64,000 nucleotides of DNA from NCBI GenBank assembly GCA_951406725.2, contig OX597825.1, forward strand, positions 51,212,001-51,276,000. Direction: 5' to 3'. Numbering within the stretch: the stretch's first letter is position 1; each line of letters begins with the position of its first letter. The notes beneath the pieces were generated by a model. It was given only the letters and a program-made list of their open reading frames with translations. It was not told the DNA's origin and searched no databases. Positions 1-14,081 of this stretch are shown here, in pieces. The position numbers were made by a program, and so were the translations under genes. The stretch is from Octopus vulgaris (lineage: Eukaryota).

Positions 1-197
1 TTGATGAAAGGAATATTCGATTCTGTAGATTTCCGTAAATAACTTGCATTTTATCAGTCCTTGAGGGCTTAAAGTTAATGCTGATTTCAACATGATTTTA
101 CCAATAGTCTAGTTGTCTGGTGGTGGGTGATAAAGATAATGTTGGTGGTGAGTATTAAGTAATGGTTCTGGCGATTGAAGAGGTAACATAAATACTA

Positions 198-573
198 GGT
201 GCAGGCATGGCTGTATGGTAAGAGTCTTGATTTCCAACCACATGGTTCCAGGTTCAGTCCTACTATAGCAGCGGGCCGACCAAAGACTTGTGAGTGGATT
301 TGGTAGACAGAAACAGAAAGAACATTTTTGTATATATGTGTCTGTTTGTGTGTGTGTATGTCTTTGAGAGTGCTCCTCCGCCACAGCTTGTCAACCGCTG
401 TTGCTGTACTTACGTCACCATAATCTAGCAGTTCGCCAAGAGAAACCGATATAATAAGTACCTGACTTAACAAAAAATAGGTTTGGGGATCAATTAGCTC
501 AATAAAAAATTCTTTAAGGTGACGTCTCAGCCTAGACGCAGTGTAATGATTGAAACTTGTAAAAGCATAAAAG
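198..573 (+). mobile_element. tRNA-derived SINE, family A (diverged)
   Basis: A-box-like TGGCTGTATGG and B-box-like GGTTCAGTCC, then the family body (GTGAGTGGATTTGGTAGAC, internal TG tract, 3' AATGATTGAAACTTGTAAAAG) shared with copies at 33905, 39891, 46902, 47617 and 50997. Confidence 0.8.
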
Positions 574-1748
574 ATGTATTAGATGTATCCTTTCTTACAC
601 TACTGTGCAAAATTGATAAGAAAATGATTTGGTTGCTATTTCTAGTGGTTGTGGTAGTTGTTTGGTCTTAGGTCAATTCGTATTGAGATCTCCAATCACA
701 AACATTCTGATCGGGAATATCCGGCCTTATTCCTATGTGCATAGAACCCACTATAACATTAGCTAACGTGCCCTTTATCATGAAGACACTAGGGTGGGAT
801 TTTAGGAAATTTAGTTGTTATTTCTAGCTGGTCAAATGACTCATTAGAAGCTCTCTCGTTGTCAATGGTTGTATATGTTTATCATGGCAGAATCTTTGGC
901 TGATCGCATTATCGCAATGACGATAATGACGATAAAGCGAAGGATGTTGTTAAATGCGATAGTAAATGGAGACAAGTGAAAGCGGTAAGAACTTAAACCG
1001 AACAAGGAAAGAGAGAGAGAGAGAGGGGGAGGAGAGAGATGAAGAGAGAGATGTAGTGAGAGTAGAAGGGAGAGTGTCTCAATTCGTCAAACCTCTCTCG
1101 TGACGCGCTTCACTGGTTATCACCGAAGTTTTCGTTACTATTCAACATAGCATCATGGTAAGTTAATCTTGACTAGCCATCAAGCTATACAACCTCTTGA
1201 CAGATCATCATACCATATGGATGATTACTGACAGGTTGTTTATCTATATCTTCGGCCTGTTCGCCAATTTAAAGACATTTTCTTATTTGCACTTGAACTT
1301 TCTTCACTGTCAGCCGAAACAGTGGAAAGTAATTTGATGAAACAATAGTATTTTGAAGAGAAAAGCTTCATCTTTCGTTTGGCACTTGCAACTGGCAACA
1401 TCCCAGAGATAGCTACATATATCTCTGTATCTATCCCGCTGACGTATTATATCATTAGTTCCGAATGACCAAATACTTATCCCTGTCGCAAATCTATGAT
1501 TGAAAAATTACAAAACAAGTCACTTTCTCCATTCGACGCCAAGTCTCCCACATTTCAATATGAAGGTATCAGGCATATATACTGTAAGCTTAAGGAACAA
1601 CACACACACGCACACACACGCACACACAAACATAAACATACAATCGCATACATACATAAACATGCAAACGTTCTCAAATTCTTAAATACGTACAGCCACC
1701 ACAATCATACGCATGTCTGACACATATTCATACGCACATAAGAATATT

Positions 1749-1872
<124 letters not shown>

Positions 1873-1928
1873 GCATATGTGGGCACAGGACGTCACGAAA
1901 CGAGTGCAACAAAAAATACGAAGTACAA

Positions 1929-2094
1929 GTATATGGGATATGAACTATTTATTGGAACAACGAAAGACACAAATGGAAAACAAGACACACAACACAAAGT
2001 ACGACGTTAAATGTGTAGCGAAGTTCTTCGTGTTTTTTGTCTTGTTTTCCATGTGCCTTTCGTTATTCGAAAAAATAGTTCATATTCCATGTAC
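1929..2094. repeat. Imperfect inverted repeat (fold-back), ~70-bp arms
   Basis: GTATATGGGATATGAACTATTTATTGGAACAACGAAAGACAC...AACAC is the near reverse complement of ~2026-2094; flanked by TA-rich tracts. Confidence 0.85.
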
Positions 2095-2108
2095 ATACAT
2101 ATATATAT

Positions 2109-2437
2109 AACGTTCTTCTCATAAGTGTATATGTTTGTGTGCCTGTGTTCGTCCCCCCCAACATCGCTTGACAACCGATGCTGGTGTGTTAACATCCCCG
2201 TAACTTAGCGGTTCGGCAAAATAGACCAATAGATTAAGTACTAAGCTAATAAAGAATAAGTTCTGGGGGGTCGATTTGCTCGACTAAAGGCGATGCTCCA
2301 GCATGGCCGCAGTCAAATGACTAAAACAAGTAAAAGGGAGTAAATACTGGGACGTAAACACACCAGCATCGGTTGTCAAGCGATGTTGGGGAGACGAACA
2401 CAGGCACACAAACATATACACTTATGAAAATAACGTT
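2109..2437. repeat. SINE A 3' half (+) followed by an inverted copy of its own first ~90 bp
   Basis: 2109-2198 and 2349-2437 are near-perfect reverse complements; the intervening sequence is the SINE A 3' body and tail. Confidence 0.85.
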
Positions 2438-2810
2438 TTACGGAATAAAGTCAAAACACCATTGCATTTCCTAGTTTTAATTGTTTGACTTTAAATTGCG
2501 TCTATTTCAGGAGTTCCTGGATTTTTAGGAGAGTGGAAGCGCCTTTCAGCTTCCTAGGCTTGTTCCGACCTGGGTCCAAGCTATGTGTTAATTAACATGT
2601 GATTAGAGTTCAGCTATGACTATGGGAATGAACAGAAACACACTGACTCACTTGTTGCTCCTTAGCATGGACTAACATCCTGCAAGAATCCGCGACAGAA
2701 TTACGTTGAAATCATAAGAATGAACATGCTGGATGTAAAGTATTTCATCAAATGGGCTTATTAAATCATTGCTGAACATCAATAAGTGCTGAGGGATGGA
2801 ACAGTTAAGC

Positions 2811-3144
2811 CAGTAGTTCTCAAGCAGTGTCCATATGGCCTCTGAGGGTTTATATAAGATTTTTGGCGGCCCACACAAAAAATATAGTAAAGAGTATATC
2901 CACAATGGCATTTTAAGGTCTCCTGAAATTTTTTTGCTTTAGATGTACGTATTGGTTTGTATTGCAAGAAACAGCTAGGGTTATTTCTCTTACATTTTAC
3001 ATAAGTTTGAACCTACACAATTTAATGTGTGGAAAATAAAATAGGAATTTTGAAAGACTCTTTTATAAAACTAGAATTAAATATCGAACGGCAATAAAAT
3101 AGTAATCAAAGGGGTCCCATATTTAAAAAGTGATTATAAAACTG
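2811..3144. mobile_element. Possible decayed hAT/Charlie-type MITE
   Basis: Starts CAGTAGTTCTCAA (resembles hAT CAGTGGTTCTCAA termini); the right end is only a weak match and no 8-bp TSD is seen. Confidence 0.3.
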
Positions 3145-3280
3145 TTAAACTGACAAAGGTCAGCAACTATCAGTTCACTTAGCGAACAAATGCTTTCATT
3201 TGTTGTCGAGATGTGTGTATACGTGACATTCAGCTATCGGAAGACCAATATGACCTTACTGGTCCGAGCAAGAAACTCGA

Positions 3281-3282
<2 letters not shown>

Positions 3283-3330
<48 letters not shown>

Positions 3331-3370
3331 CGACGACGACGACGACGATGATGACGACGACGACGGCGAC
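3283..3370. repeat. (GAT)n/(GAC)n microsatellite
   Basis: Directly visible. Confidence 0.95.
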
Positions 3371-4037
3371 TCGTTATTCCACACTGCTTCTATTTTTAAA
3401 CTCTGAGTATGTAGATCATGCTATTCGCACCTTTGTTGTCAATTGACTCTGCCCCCAAATATTTTTTCCCTTGATTCATCAGTCAACTTACACCCTTAAG
3501 CAATTCCTTCTACGTAGTTAGTATAATTACAAACAGAAGAAAAATCCCACGCATAGATGTACATTACTTAAGAAAATGCCTCCCTTGAATCAAGAGTTAC
3601 CTGATGGATATAAGCCATATGATTCCAGTTTGAATTTAGAAACGGACAATATGTATATTGTCCATTGATAACAAGGTCTATATTTGATTCATATAACATG
3701 ATTACCGCTCGTTTCCAGCCATACAACAACTATATCCATATATTTAGCTCTACAACTGTATAGAGTATGATGTAATTCCTACGCTCACACAGTTTATGCA
3801 CACAGTATATGCACATGTACAGCAATACACACACACAAACACACGCGAGCGCGCACACACGCGGGAACACACACACACACACACACACACACTCATGCAT
3901 ATATTCATACATATACATACCCATATGTATGCAGGTGCGTGTCCATGCTAACGCATGCATTTATGGATGGAAATCTATATTTCTGTCTATTAATCTCTGT
4001 CTTTCTGTCTGTCTCTGTCTCTCTCTCTTTCTGTCTG

Positions 4038-4093
<56 letters not shown>

Positions 4094-5433
4094 CCTGCCC
4101 ATAATATAAATGATTTATATGCACACGTACAAACACGTTCATATAAAGGTATGCGATAGCATGACATTCCATTCCACTCTTCCTCCCTCTCTCTCTCTCT
4201 TCCACTCATTCTCCCCTCCTCTCTCTCTCTCTCTCTCTCTCTAAAAACAGCCATTCGCACGCACGCACTCACATCTATGTAAGTATATGCATATCTATGA
4301 AGACAATACAAGTGTGTTTACCCGACGTCGTACATTTAACGATTGAAATATGTTTATATAATTTGGAATATGTTTCATTCTTATCTGATTTTTCTTCTCT
4401 TTTTTTTTCTTTTTATAAATATCTAAAGCATTGCATTTCATATGAAAGGAAATAGAGTTTATGCATTTCCTTCCGTCATCTCCAACCCACCACACGCAAC
4501 AAAATGTCGTTTACAGAAGGTGAAAACATGTAGAATGTTATAGTTTATTGAACAGATGCGACCAAAATAATATTTGTTGATTGTCTTCAAGGAATTCTTT
4601 TCTGAAGGCTTTGAGAATTTATCACATGTAGAATTCAGACCATTATCTCATATCCTGTTTTTCTCATCATGCATTTAAGCATATCTTACAAAATGGATTG
4701 TGTTTATGATTGCGTGGTTTGTATGCAGAAATGTATATATCCAAACAGGTTCACACACAGACGTACACACATACGCACACACGTGTGTATACACACACAT
4801 AATTCATTCGCACATACGTATACATAGTTTTGTGTATATAAATGCATTAAACTGACCATTTCTGTATGAATGTATAAATCCACTTCGGGTACATGTGTGT
4901 TAGTGTGCGTGTACATATTTGTATATATATGTGTGTGTGTATATATATATGCATATATGCATATATATATATGCATATATATATATATATATATATACGG
5001 ATAGAAAGATAGGCAAGCAGACACAGAGACTGAGAAAAACAGTATGTATACATAAGCAAATAGACATGACCGAATGATTTAGAGGATCGTCCCATTTTCA
5101 AAATGCATGAAGTTCAATCCTACTCCGTGCCATCCAGAGCAGGTGCTTCCTTTTATCTTTTACTACAACCTTGAACTGATCAAAGCATTACGAATTAAAA
5201 TTCTGCTGATGAACACTGTGGCGAATCACGCTGGAGACATTCTACTAGTTTTTCAAATATTCAACGCCTTTCATACTATATGTGAGGTATGAAAATTACA
5301 TTCGAAGTAAAGAGTTTGTAGAAAACTTCGTATTTCATTCGTAGTTTAAATATTTGATTGAGCGAGAACACGATCAAAGCCGAAATTGATGCAAAACCAT
5401 CATCATTCATAGCAGCACATTTTCATAATAACA

Positions 5434-5479
<46 letters not shown>

Positions 5480-5488
5480 GATATATAT

Positions 5489-5550
<62 letters not shown>

Positions 5551-5704
5551 TGAGTTAACATTTCACTAAACCCTGGAAATTCTACCTTTACAAGTAGGGT
5601 GTTACATCCTTGTAACTTATGTGGATTTTTGCTACCCTGGTAATAACTCCTTATTTGTTGTTTTTTTCCGTGTTATTTGTACCCATCGAAAAAAATACAC
5701 ATAC

Positions 5705-5797
<93 letters not shown>

Positions 5798-5953
5798 CAT
5801 ATATAAATATGTGATGGCCGCCCACTCGCGACCAAGGAAGAGCATTGCCGACCTTCAGCAACATTGGCGCTCTAGGTTATTGGAAATAAAAAAAAAAACG
5901 AGCAATACATATCGAGTAGATGTCAACAATGCCTGTGCTGAGTTTTAGGTCTA

Positions 5954-7223
5954 CGAGGGGCGTTCAATAAGTAATGCCCCTGACCCACTTCCCATAGCAG
6001 TAGAGCAACGACACTTAGCACAGTTATTAGTCTTCTCCTACATAGGAACTACCCAGAGTTATGCATTTCTCTCATCGTTTGATACAGCTCTGGAGACTGT
6101 TTTTGTAGAAGACCCCAGCTTGGTCCTCCAACCACGACGTGACTTCAGAAATCAAGGCTGCATCATCTGGGAAACGCTTTCCTTTCAAAATCAACTTCAT
6201 TGCTGGGAAGAGATGAAAATCAGAGGGTGCAAGGGGAGGAATTCATAGCTGTATGCCTGTGCTTCTGATCTGGCGACACGCGAGTTGTGGACCGGAGCGT
6301 TGTCTTGCAGGTGGAGGATGATTTTGCTGATCTTGCCCCGCCTCTTGATTTGGATAGTTTCTCCTAATTTCCTCAAAAGTGAAGCATAATAGGCTCCTGT
6401 AATTGTGGTACCCTTTGCCAGGAAATCTGTCATCACTACTCCGTCCTGGTCCTAGAAGACTGTGAGCATAACCTTGTCAGCGGAGGGCTGCACCCTTGCT
6501 TTCTTTGGAGGAGGTGAGTCACGGTGCTTTCACTGCATTAACTGGGCTTTGGTCTATGGTTCATAGTGATGGACCCAGGTTTTATCCTGTGTGATCAGTC
6601 TTTTGAAAAATTTTGTCTCATCTTCTTGGCACATCTCCAAATTCATCCTCGAGCACTCAACGCGTTCTTGCTTCTGGAAAGGTGTGAGCAACCTGGAAAT
6701 CCATCTGGCAGACACCTTTTGCATATGCAAATGGTCATGAATGATAGTTTCCACAGACCCGGTACTAATATTGACCTTATGGGCTATTTGGCGAATAGTT
6801 ATGCGTTGATCTTCCAAAATGGCAGCCTCAACTTGACGGACAGACGTCTCATCAACGGCAGAAGGGGGCGACCAGATCTGGGAGCTGTTTCCACAGAGTT
6901 CCGACTATGTTTGAATTCACAATGCCAGCGTTTTACAAGGTCATATGATGGGGCATCATCACTATAAGTTACTTTCATTTCATCAAAAGTCTCCCGTGGT
7001 GTGCGTCCTTTCAAATACAAAAACCAGATCACTGCTCGACACTCAACCGGCTCCATTTCACACTTGACTCAGTTCAAACACCTATAAATCAGAAACCACA
7101 ATTAGTTCAGAGCTATAATTCGCCACTTCATCTATAGAGATATAAATAATTGCACATGCAAAATTTCAGCTAGATCAAACAACTGCAAGTGGGTCAGGGG
7201 CATTACTTATTGAACGCCCCTCG
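5954..7223 (-). mobile_element. Full-length mariner (Tc1/mariner, irritans-like) DNA transposon
   Basis: Perfect 37-bp TIRs CGAGGGGCGTTCAATAAGTAATGCCCCTGACCCACTT (5954-5990 / 7187-7223), TA on both sides, 1270 bp long, internal transposase. Confidence 0.97.
6027..7056 (-). pseudogene. Mariner transposase pseudogene
   Basis: ORF pieces MEPVECRAVIWFLYLKG...PRSGRP, ITQDKTWVHHYEP, LQDNAPVH and LAPSDFHLFP; frameshifts, stops and loss of the HPPYSPD segment. Confidence 0.95.
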
Positions 7224-7843
7224 TAATAAAGCTTGCACGACACGTCATAGACGTTCCCCACTCTATTGACTTTATGGAGAGATAGGCCAGAGCAATATGA
7301 CTGGTGCCAATATGAGTTGCAGGCTCAGGGATGTGGGAGCGTGATAATCTCTAGCACAAACCAAAGATCCCCAAAATGTCCAATGTCATTCCTTGCATGT
7401 CTGGGTTTATATCAGAGTGACCTTCTCCTAGAGACATGCTTCAAATGAAGCTGACGGGTGTCTCACTCCTAGGGGTCATTCAGCACGCCGGACACCCGGA
7501 ATATCTACGTACCCATGCTATTGCTAGATAGCCACTGAGCCTGCACTAGGTTCATCCAACCTTTCAACAGGTCTTGTTTTTAATCAAGCTGAGTTTGTAG
7601 CAACACTCCTCACCAGGGTAGTCTGGTGGAGGTGCAACAGGTTACACTGAATTCCATATTCACATATCTACATATCGACACACACACACACACACACACA
7701 CATATTAAGACTGTGTAGACTAGGCTAGAAATGCAGAGAGGGAGAGAGAGAGAGAGAAGTTGAGAGAAAAGGAGGTAGATAGATAGCAAAATAGATAGAC
7801 TTGTGTGTGCATATATATGAGCGTATGCGTATGGACGTACATT

Positions 7844-7874
<31 letters not shown>

Positions 7875-7897
7875 AATATAGACATATAGACATATAC

Positions 7898-8131
7898 AAT
7901 GTAAATGATTATATATTATTAACATATATATATATAGATACACACAAATATATGTTCTACTATATATGTATTTACATATAGGTCTATAAACTTGTATGTG
8001 TTGATGTGTGCGTGTGAGTACTTGCGAGGGGGTGTGTGTATAAGGGTGTGTGTCTGTGTGCATATAAATATATAAATGAGCGTGTGTATGGACGCACATG
8101 TATATATATATATATATGTATAATGTAAATG

Positions 8132-8181
<50 letters not shown>

Positions 8182-8285
8182 CATATATATATATATATAC
8201 ACACACATAGATATATATTTTACTACATATGTATTGACATGGAGGTCCATAAACAGGTATTTGTTGATGTGTGCGTGTGAGTATG
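7898..8285. repeat. Imperfect tandem duplication of a microsatellite-containing unit
   Basis: AATGTAAATGATTATATAT...AGGTCYATAAAC...GTTGATGTGTGCGTGTGAGTA occurs at ~7898-8020 and ~8122-8284. Confidence 0.7.
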
Positions 8286-8947
8286 TGCGAAGGTTTGTGT
8301 GTGTGAGTGCGTGCGCGAGTCGTATTTGTGTGTGTGTGTGTGTGTGAGTGTCTGTGCGTGCGTGTGTGTTTGTGCATGTGTGTGTGTGTGTGCGTGTGTG
8401 TGTGTGTAAATGTGACTAGACATTAATGTTACCCATTTCGTCTTAATTTCTGTATGTTTTGTATGAACATTTTGGATATGAAGTGTTTTCCCACTTGGTT
8501 TCTCCAAACCGAAGCAAACTTCTTTATTTTCTCACACAATTTTTCTTTTTGTCCTCTCACTCACTTTTCTCCCCCTCCTCCTTTCTCTCTTCATCTCTAT
8601 TTCATTCTCTCTCTCGATCTGCAACTCTCTCACTGACACATCTACACTCGTCTCGCTCTTTCGTTTGCATCCTTTTCTGTTATATTTTCTAGCATTTTCT
8701 ATTTTTTCCCAGTCTCCACATCTCTGCATGTCATTTAATAACGTGTTGTTTACATTTTTATGATGCCATCGAGACCATTATTCTTTTCAAAAATCCAGTG
8801 AAACAACTATTGTTACATTGTTGGATTTTCTGCAGAATATATTTGCTGCTTCGCTAGTTCAGATATCACGGAGACTTATGACAGATAGGCGGCACGCGCG
8901 CGCGTACACACACACACACATACACACACACACAATCACATACGTAC

Positions 8948-9172
<225 letters not shown>

Positions 9173-10059
9173 ATGCGCACACACACACATACATATACAA
9201 ATACGCATATACCATATATACCTTCGAATGTTTCCTATTGTCTCTTGGCATCCTCAGCGGGAAAAGGTCACGTCATATAAACTAGAAACTGTCTAGAATT
9301 TCATGTAACAATTTCGTGTTTGCGTAACATTTTTATTCATCGCAACAAATATATATGCCCATGATAATAATATATTGAATAACTACTGACTTCATGAGGA
9401 ATACATATATATATATGCGCGTGTGTGTGTGTTTGTGTGTATGTGTGTGTGTGTGTGCGTGTGCGTGTGTGTATATATACTCTCATGTATGTATATATTT
9501 ATAAGAACGACAATGACGATAAAAATACTGGGGAAGATATAAAAAAGTAAATATTTTAAACATTTTCAATACAAGTCCGTCAAGAGGGAAATATGTTTAC
9601 CGAAATCAGTCCTACATACATTTACTTAATGCAATAATCACCACTACTACGCGGTGTTAGTAGCCAACATTCCCATTTTATTCTCAAAAGGACTTAGAGG
9701 TGGATGCATCAGACTTAATAACAGACCCGCCCCGTTCGCGATTCTCCATATGAAAAGTGCCATCAGAGAATCATATTATTGTTTTACACACAAGTCACTG
9801 ATGCCAAATTGTATCGGCATTTCCCTTGGACAACGCAAGTGACGTGGAGAGGAGAGACTGGAATGCATGGCGATTGCTGGTCTTCCATAAAAAACAACTT
9901 TGCCTTGGAGGGGAATTTTCTTGGAGGGCAATACCATGGTGTTATATATATATATATACATTTAGGTATGGTAGATGAGTTCAGCAAAAATTTAGACTCA
10001 GTTCAGGCACCAGCATTTAGTACGGTATTATCCATGCAATTTCAAAATAAGGCGATTAA

Positions 10060-10492
10060 AATCAAAATAAGCAACAAGGATATCCAGAGTTAATGCAGTA
10101 CAAACGTTTCATGCAACTCCATTTAATTGAACAATCCAATCATTACATCAATTTAAAATGTAGAGAAATCTTCAGCTGTACAAAAACGTAGAAGTTAATT
10201 GAATTAGGATAAATGGACACATTAGTATAATCTCTAAGAAGTTAAGGAGATAGACAAAGAACATGTACCTACAGCATGTTCTTTGCCTATCTCCTTAACT
10301 TCTTAGAGATTTTAGGTATAATTGTACTAATGTGTCCATCTGTTCTAATTCAATTAACTTCTACGTCTTTGTACAGCTGAAGATTTCTCTTCATTTTAAA
10401 TTGATGTAATGATTGGATTGTTCAATTAAATGGAGTTGCATGAAACGTTCGTACTGCATTAACTCTGGACATCCTTGTTGCTTATTTTGATT
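10060..10492. repeat. Long fold-back, ~205-bp arms with 9-nt loop; probable inverted Penelope pLTR fragments
   Basis: 10060-10265 is the reverse complement of 10275-10492 apart from scattered substitutions and one ~12-nt indel; each arm carries CTGAAGA...GAAACGTT. Confidence 0.95.
10371..10454 (+). ncRNA. Hammerhead-ribozyme-like motif (type I, long stem II, imperfect); mirror copy on - strand at 10098-10181
   Basis: GTACAG-CTGAAGA-[stem CTTCATTTTAAATTGA/TCAATTAAATGGAG]-GAAACGTT-CGTAC; palindromic AACGTT at stem III; the stem II closing pair and stem I junction are imperfect. Confidence 0.5.
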
Positions 10493-10913
10493 ATAGATAT
10501 ATATGGCGATACGATTAGAGTCATGAGGAGATGCGTGTGGATATTGCATGCATGAACACAAGAATGTGGTTTCGATCCTTGGACTAGACGATACGCTTTG
10601 ATCGTTAGCAACACATTTCGTTTCACGTTCCTCCAGCCCACTCAGCATGTATAAATGAGTTATCGTGTGACGAATCGACGTCCCGGCAGATGGTGTAAGA
10701 GATGTACTCTACAAAATCGGGGGAGCCGGTTTGTGAGCCAATATCTGAGAAAGGACCATTTATCCTTTTGATTGGGTTCATGATATAAACAGATATCGGT
10801 TTCATTCAGCTCACACTTTTACTTCTTTTTCACCATTTCTTTGTTGCTTACCATCGTTTTTTACTTTTGTAATTTATTTCAAAGCTTGTCGCTCTTACAA
10901 CCAATAAAGGAAT

Positions 10914-11100
10914 TCTTCTTCTTCTTCTTCTTCTTCTTCTTCTTCTTCTTCTTCTTCTTCTTCTTCTTCTTCTTCTTCTTCTTCTTCTTCTTCTTCTTCT
11001 TCTTCTTCTTCTTCTTCTTCTTCTGCTGCTGCTGCTGTTGCTCATACCACTGCTGTCGCCCTGCAGCAGTTGCTGCTACTGCTGCTGATGCTGATACCAT

Positions 11101-11157
<57 letters not shown>

Positions 11158-11158
11158 A

Positions 11159-11197
<39 letters not shown>

Positions 11198-11267
11198 GCT
11201 GCTGCTGTTGCTGCTGCTGCCGCTGCTACTACTACTACATCAACATCAACATCATCATCATCATCAT
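10914..11267. repeat. Compound trinucleotide microsatellite (TTC)n-(TGC)n-(ACT)n-(CAT)n
   Basis: Directly visible; explains the poly-F/K/R/T/L ORFs. Confidence 0.97.
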
Positions 11268-12267
11268 AATTCCTTCTTTTGTTGTTGTTGTCGTTTTGCT
11301 TTTATACCTGCCAGATCACAGCGCTCATTAGGTTTTGTTTGATTAACTGAGCTTTAGAAGAGAATTTTACAGAGTAAAAAACTTTTTGTATGAGAAATTT
11401 ACTTGATTAACTGACCTGGTCAGTTGTTATGTTTTCACTCGCCATCGGAATTTGTTAATTATCTTTCGTGAAATTTAGCACCAAACATAAAAAAATACTC
11501 CTAATATTTCAATAGGATACTGGCTAGAAGTAAGAAGAGACGGGAGCGTTCATCTTAACACATTAATAGTGATTTAAGTCCAAACCTCTACTACCAATAA
11601 TGCGAACGCAGAAGATGGAGTTAATACAGCAATGACAACAACGGGTAGAGTGTGATGCTCAACAAAATTTTCATGAAACATTTGGTTTTGTTCGGTTTTC
11701 CAATTATTTGCAGTGAAATATCTTGCTTTCTTTATGATAGTAGTGCCCATTGCAAATAAATGTTGTAGAAAACCTAAGTGCACAACATCTGTTTCCTCTG
11801 TTTAGCGATATTAATGCAATATGTGTCAATTTTTTAGTTATGTAATCTGACTTTTATTAAATGAATTTAATGCTCTCTACAACTTTCAGTTTTTATCTGA
11901 TAAAATTCTCAGTCAGTGGCACTGCTAGTGCGCTTATTGCTTCCATCTTTCATTAAATATGATCTCAGTCGGTTAGCGTAAGAACAATTGGAGTGACTGG
12001 AGAATTTGAGTCATGTTAAAATATATATTCTGTGATGCTCATCACGTAGGCAAATTGAAAATAAAATGTCTGCATTATATTTCTCCCTTTCTCAATGAGA
12101 CAGTAATTATCATTTGAGACTGGAACCCAACACCTACTCAAAAGAGCGTGAATACTAGCATATTTGAGGTTACTTCAGACTTGGTGAAATAATTAATACC
12201 TGATACTATTTAGTTGCCTCTAGTTACGAAGCCAGTTCAAATAACACAAGGAACGACTTTGATTTTC

Positions 12268-12830
12268 ATCCGTGTACAAGGGATGAAATCGATAAGGTAA
12301 AGGAGTGTATCTACTTAAGGCATACAGATATGGATACTGAAATCTCAAAGAGAATAAAGGCAAGATGGAAATTATTTAACTCAATGAAGGATGTGCTCAA
12401 AACAATGCTAGCCAGTACCATACGTGTCAAATTCTTCAATAGCACCGTTCTACTTGCGCTGCTATACGCAAGTGAGACGTTACCTTCTTCGTAGAGGATA
12501 GAGCATCGATTGGCTACGATATAAAGGGCTATAGATAGAGCCATGCTAGGAATATCGTTACGAGAACATATTCAAAATGAAATAAATCGAGAACAGAGTA
12601 GAGTGAACAATATGATCGCAGAGTACCCAATTCAAAAATTGCATAGGGCTGGACATGTCTCAAGGTTCACAGGCAACAGGTGAATCCGTGCAAGAGATCG
12701 GAAAAAGTCACTTGGAAGGCCTCCACGACAATGGGATAGCGATTTAGTTAGCATTTGGATAAATATGGAAAAGAATGGCGCAATCAAGACGGAGCTGGAA
12801 GTGTCTCATGATCAGCGGTGTATGACAACA
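12268..12830 (+). mobile_element. RTE-clade LINE 3' fragment (RT C-terminal region), decayed
   Basis: Translates as IDKVKECIYL...EISKRIKARWKLFNSMK...FNSTVLLALLYASET...RAMLGISLREHIQNE...AGHVSR...GRPPRQW, typical RTE motifs with stops and frameshifts. Confidence 0.85.
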
Positions 12831-14021
12831 TATGATGGTCTCGTCGATACTATATACTGTAATACTATGATGATTGCTTAAATGCCTTCATGCCATATAC
12901 TAAGGTCAATTGTATTGAATACACTTCTTCCTTGAAAACATGTGACACATAAATTTTTATTACATACTCATTTATATAAGAAAAGCATTCGTCTACAAAT
13001 CTTTATGGATATGTACTTATTATTACCATTCACCATTTAATTTAATGGTGTAAATTGGCACGCTCCAACTAAGTTGAACTTTCGTTTCCTAGCTGAAAAT
13101 GCATGAACATCAGAACTTCGTAATGATCACGATGCTATAATATTAAACCTGTGTGTCTTGAGAAAATAATTGACTTTCATGGCAAAATAACAATTCAGTT
13201 TTGTCCTGAAGAATTTTGGTTTTAAAATTGTTTAAATTCTAAGAAAAAATGATTCAGCAAATCATCCAGGGTGTAATTGTGTACCGTAAACACCAATATA
13301 AAATCTTTACAGAACCTATATAATAGCCTTCCTTGTTACATTGTGAAAGACGTAATAAAAATATTTTTCGATGATTTAAAAAATTGACAAAAAAGTTAAA
13401 ATTCCTATGAGTATCATTTAATCGCCAAAATGTCTGTCATCAAATGGAAAGCAACGAAATTTCTACTGTTATTAAAAATCATTATTTAGAAAAAATATTT
13501 TTTCATATGAAATGTATTGTTCTGTTTCTCTAAATGTTGGTGGATCAAGTTTTGAAAGTGATCTCACGTGGGTAATAATTATTCGTATAATTAAGGCCAT
13601 TAAAATTGACAAAAGCCAACAGAGTGGATACAATGTAACATTGATAAAGAATATCTCAAAGTCTAAGCGGGTTAAATCTAAAGGGTGACAGACTACGAAT
13701 TGAATGACTTGCAGTCCGACAACACACTTGCTATATACATTGTCCTGGGAAATTAACTATAAACAAGTGAATGGTTCGCAGCATGGACGAAGGTATAGTT
13801 AAAAATACATTTGATTTTTGGTAACTATTCAGTTTATTTAGCCAAGCCGCCCCGAGTATAAATTTCATGTCGTAAACACACATGTACACAAACACACATG
13901 TATGGGCGGTTAAACACACACACATATACATACACAAATATATATATATACACACGCATATATAAAAATACATGTTTGTGCATATACGTGCGTATACATA
14001 TATGTGTGTGTGTGCGTGTGC

Positions 14022-14081
<60 letters not shown>

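Noticed and set aside
6566-6967. 133-aa plus-strand ORF
   Set aside because: Antisense shadow of the mariner transposase.
9215-9270. Minus-strand CTGAGGA...GAAAC hammerhead-like spacing
   Set aside because: No convincing stem II or stem III pairing.
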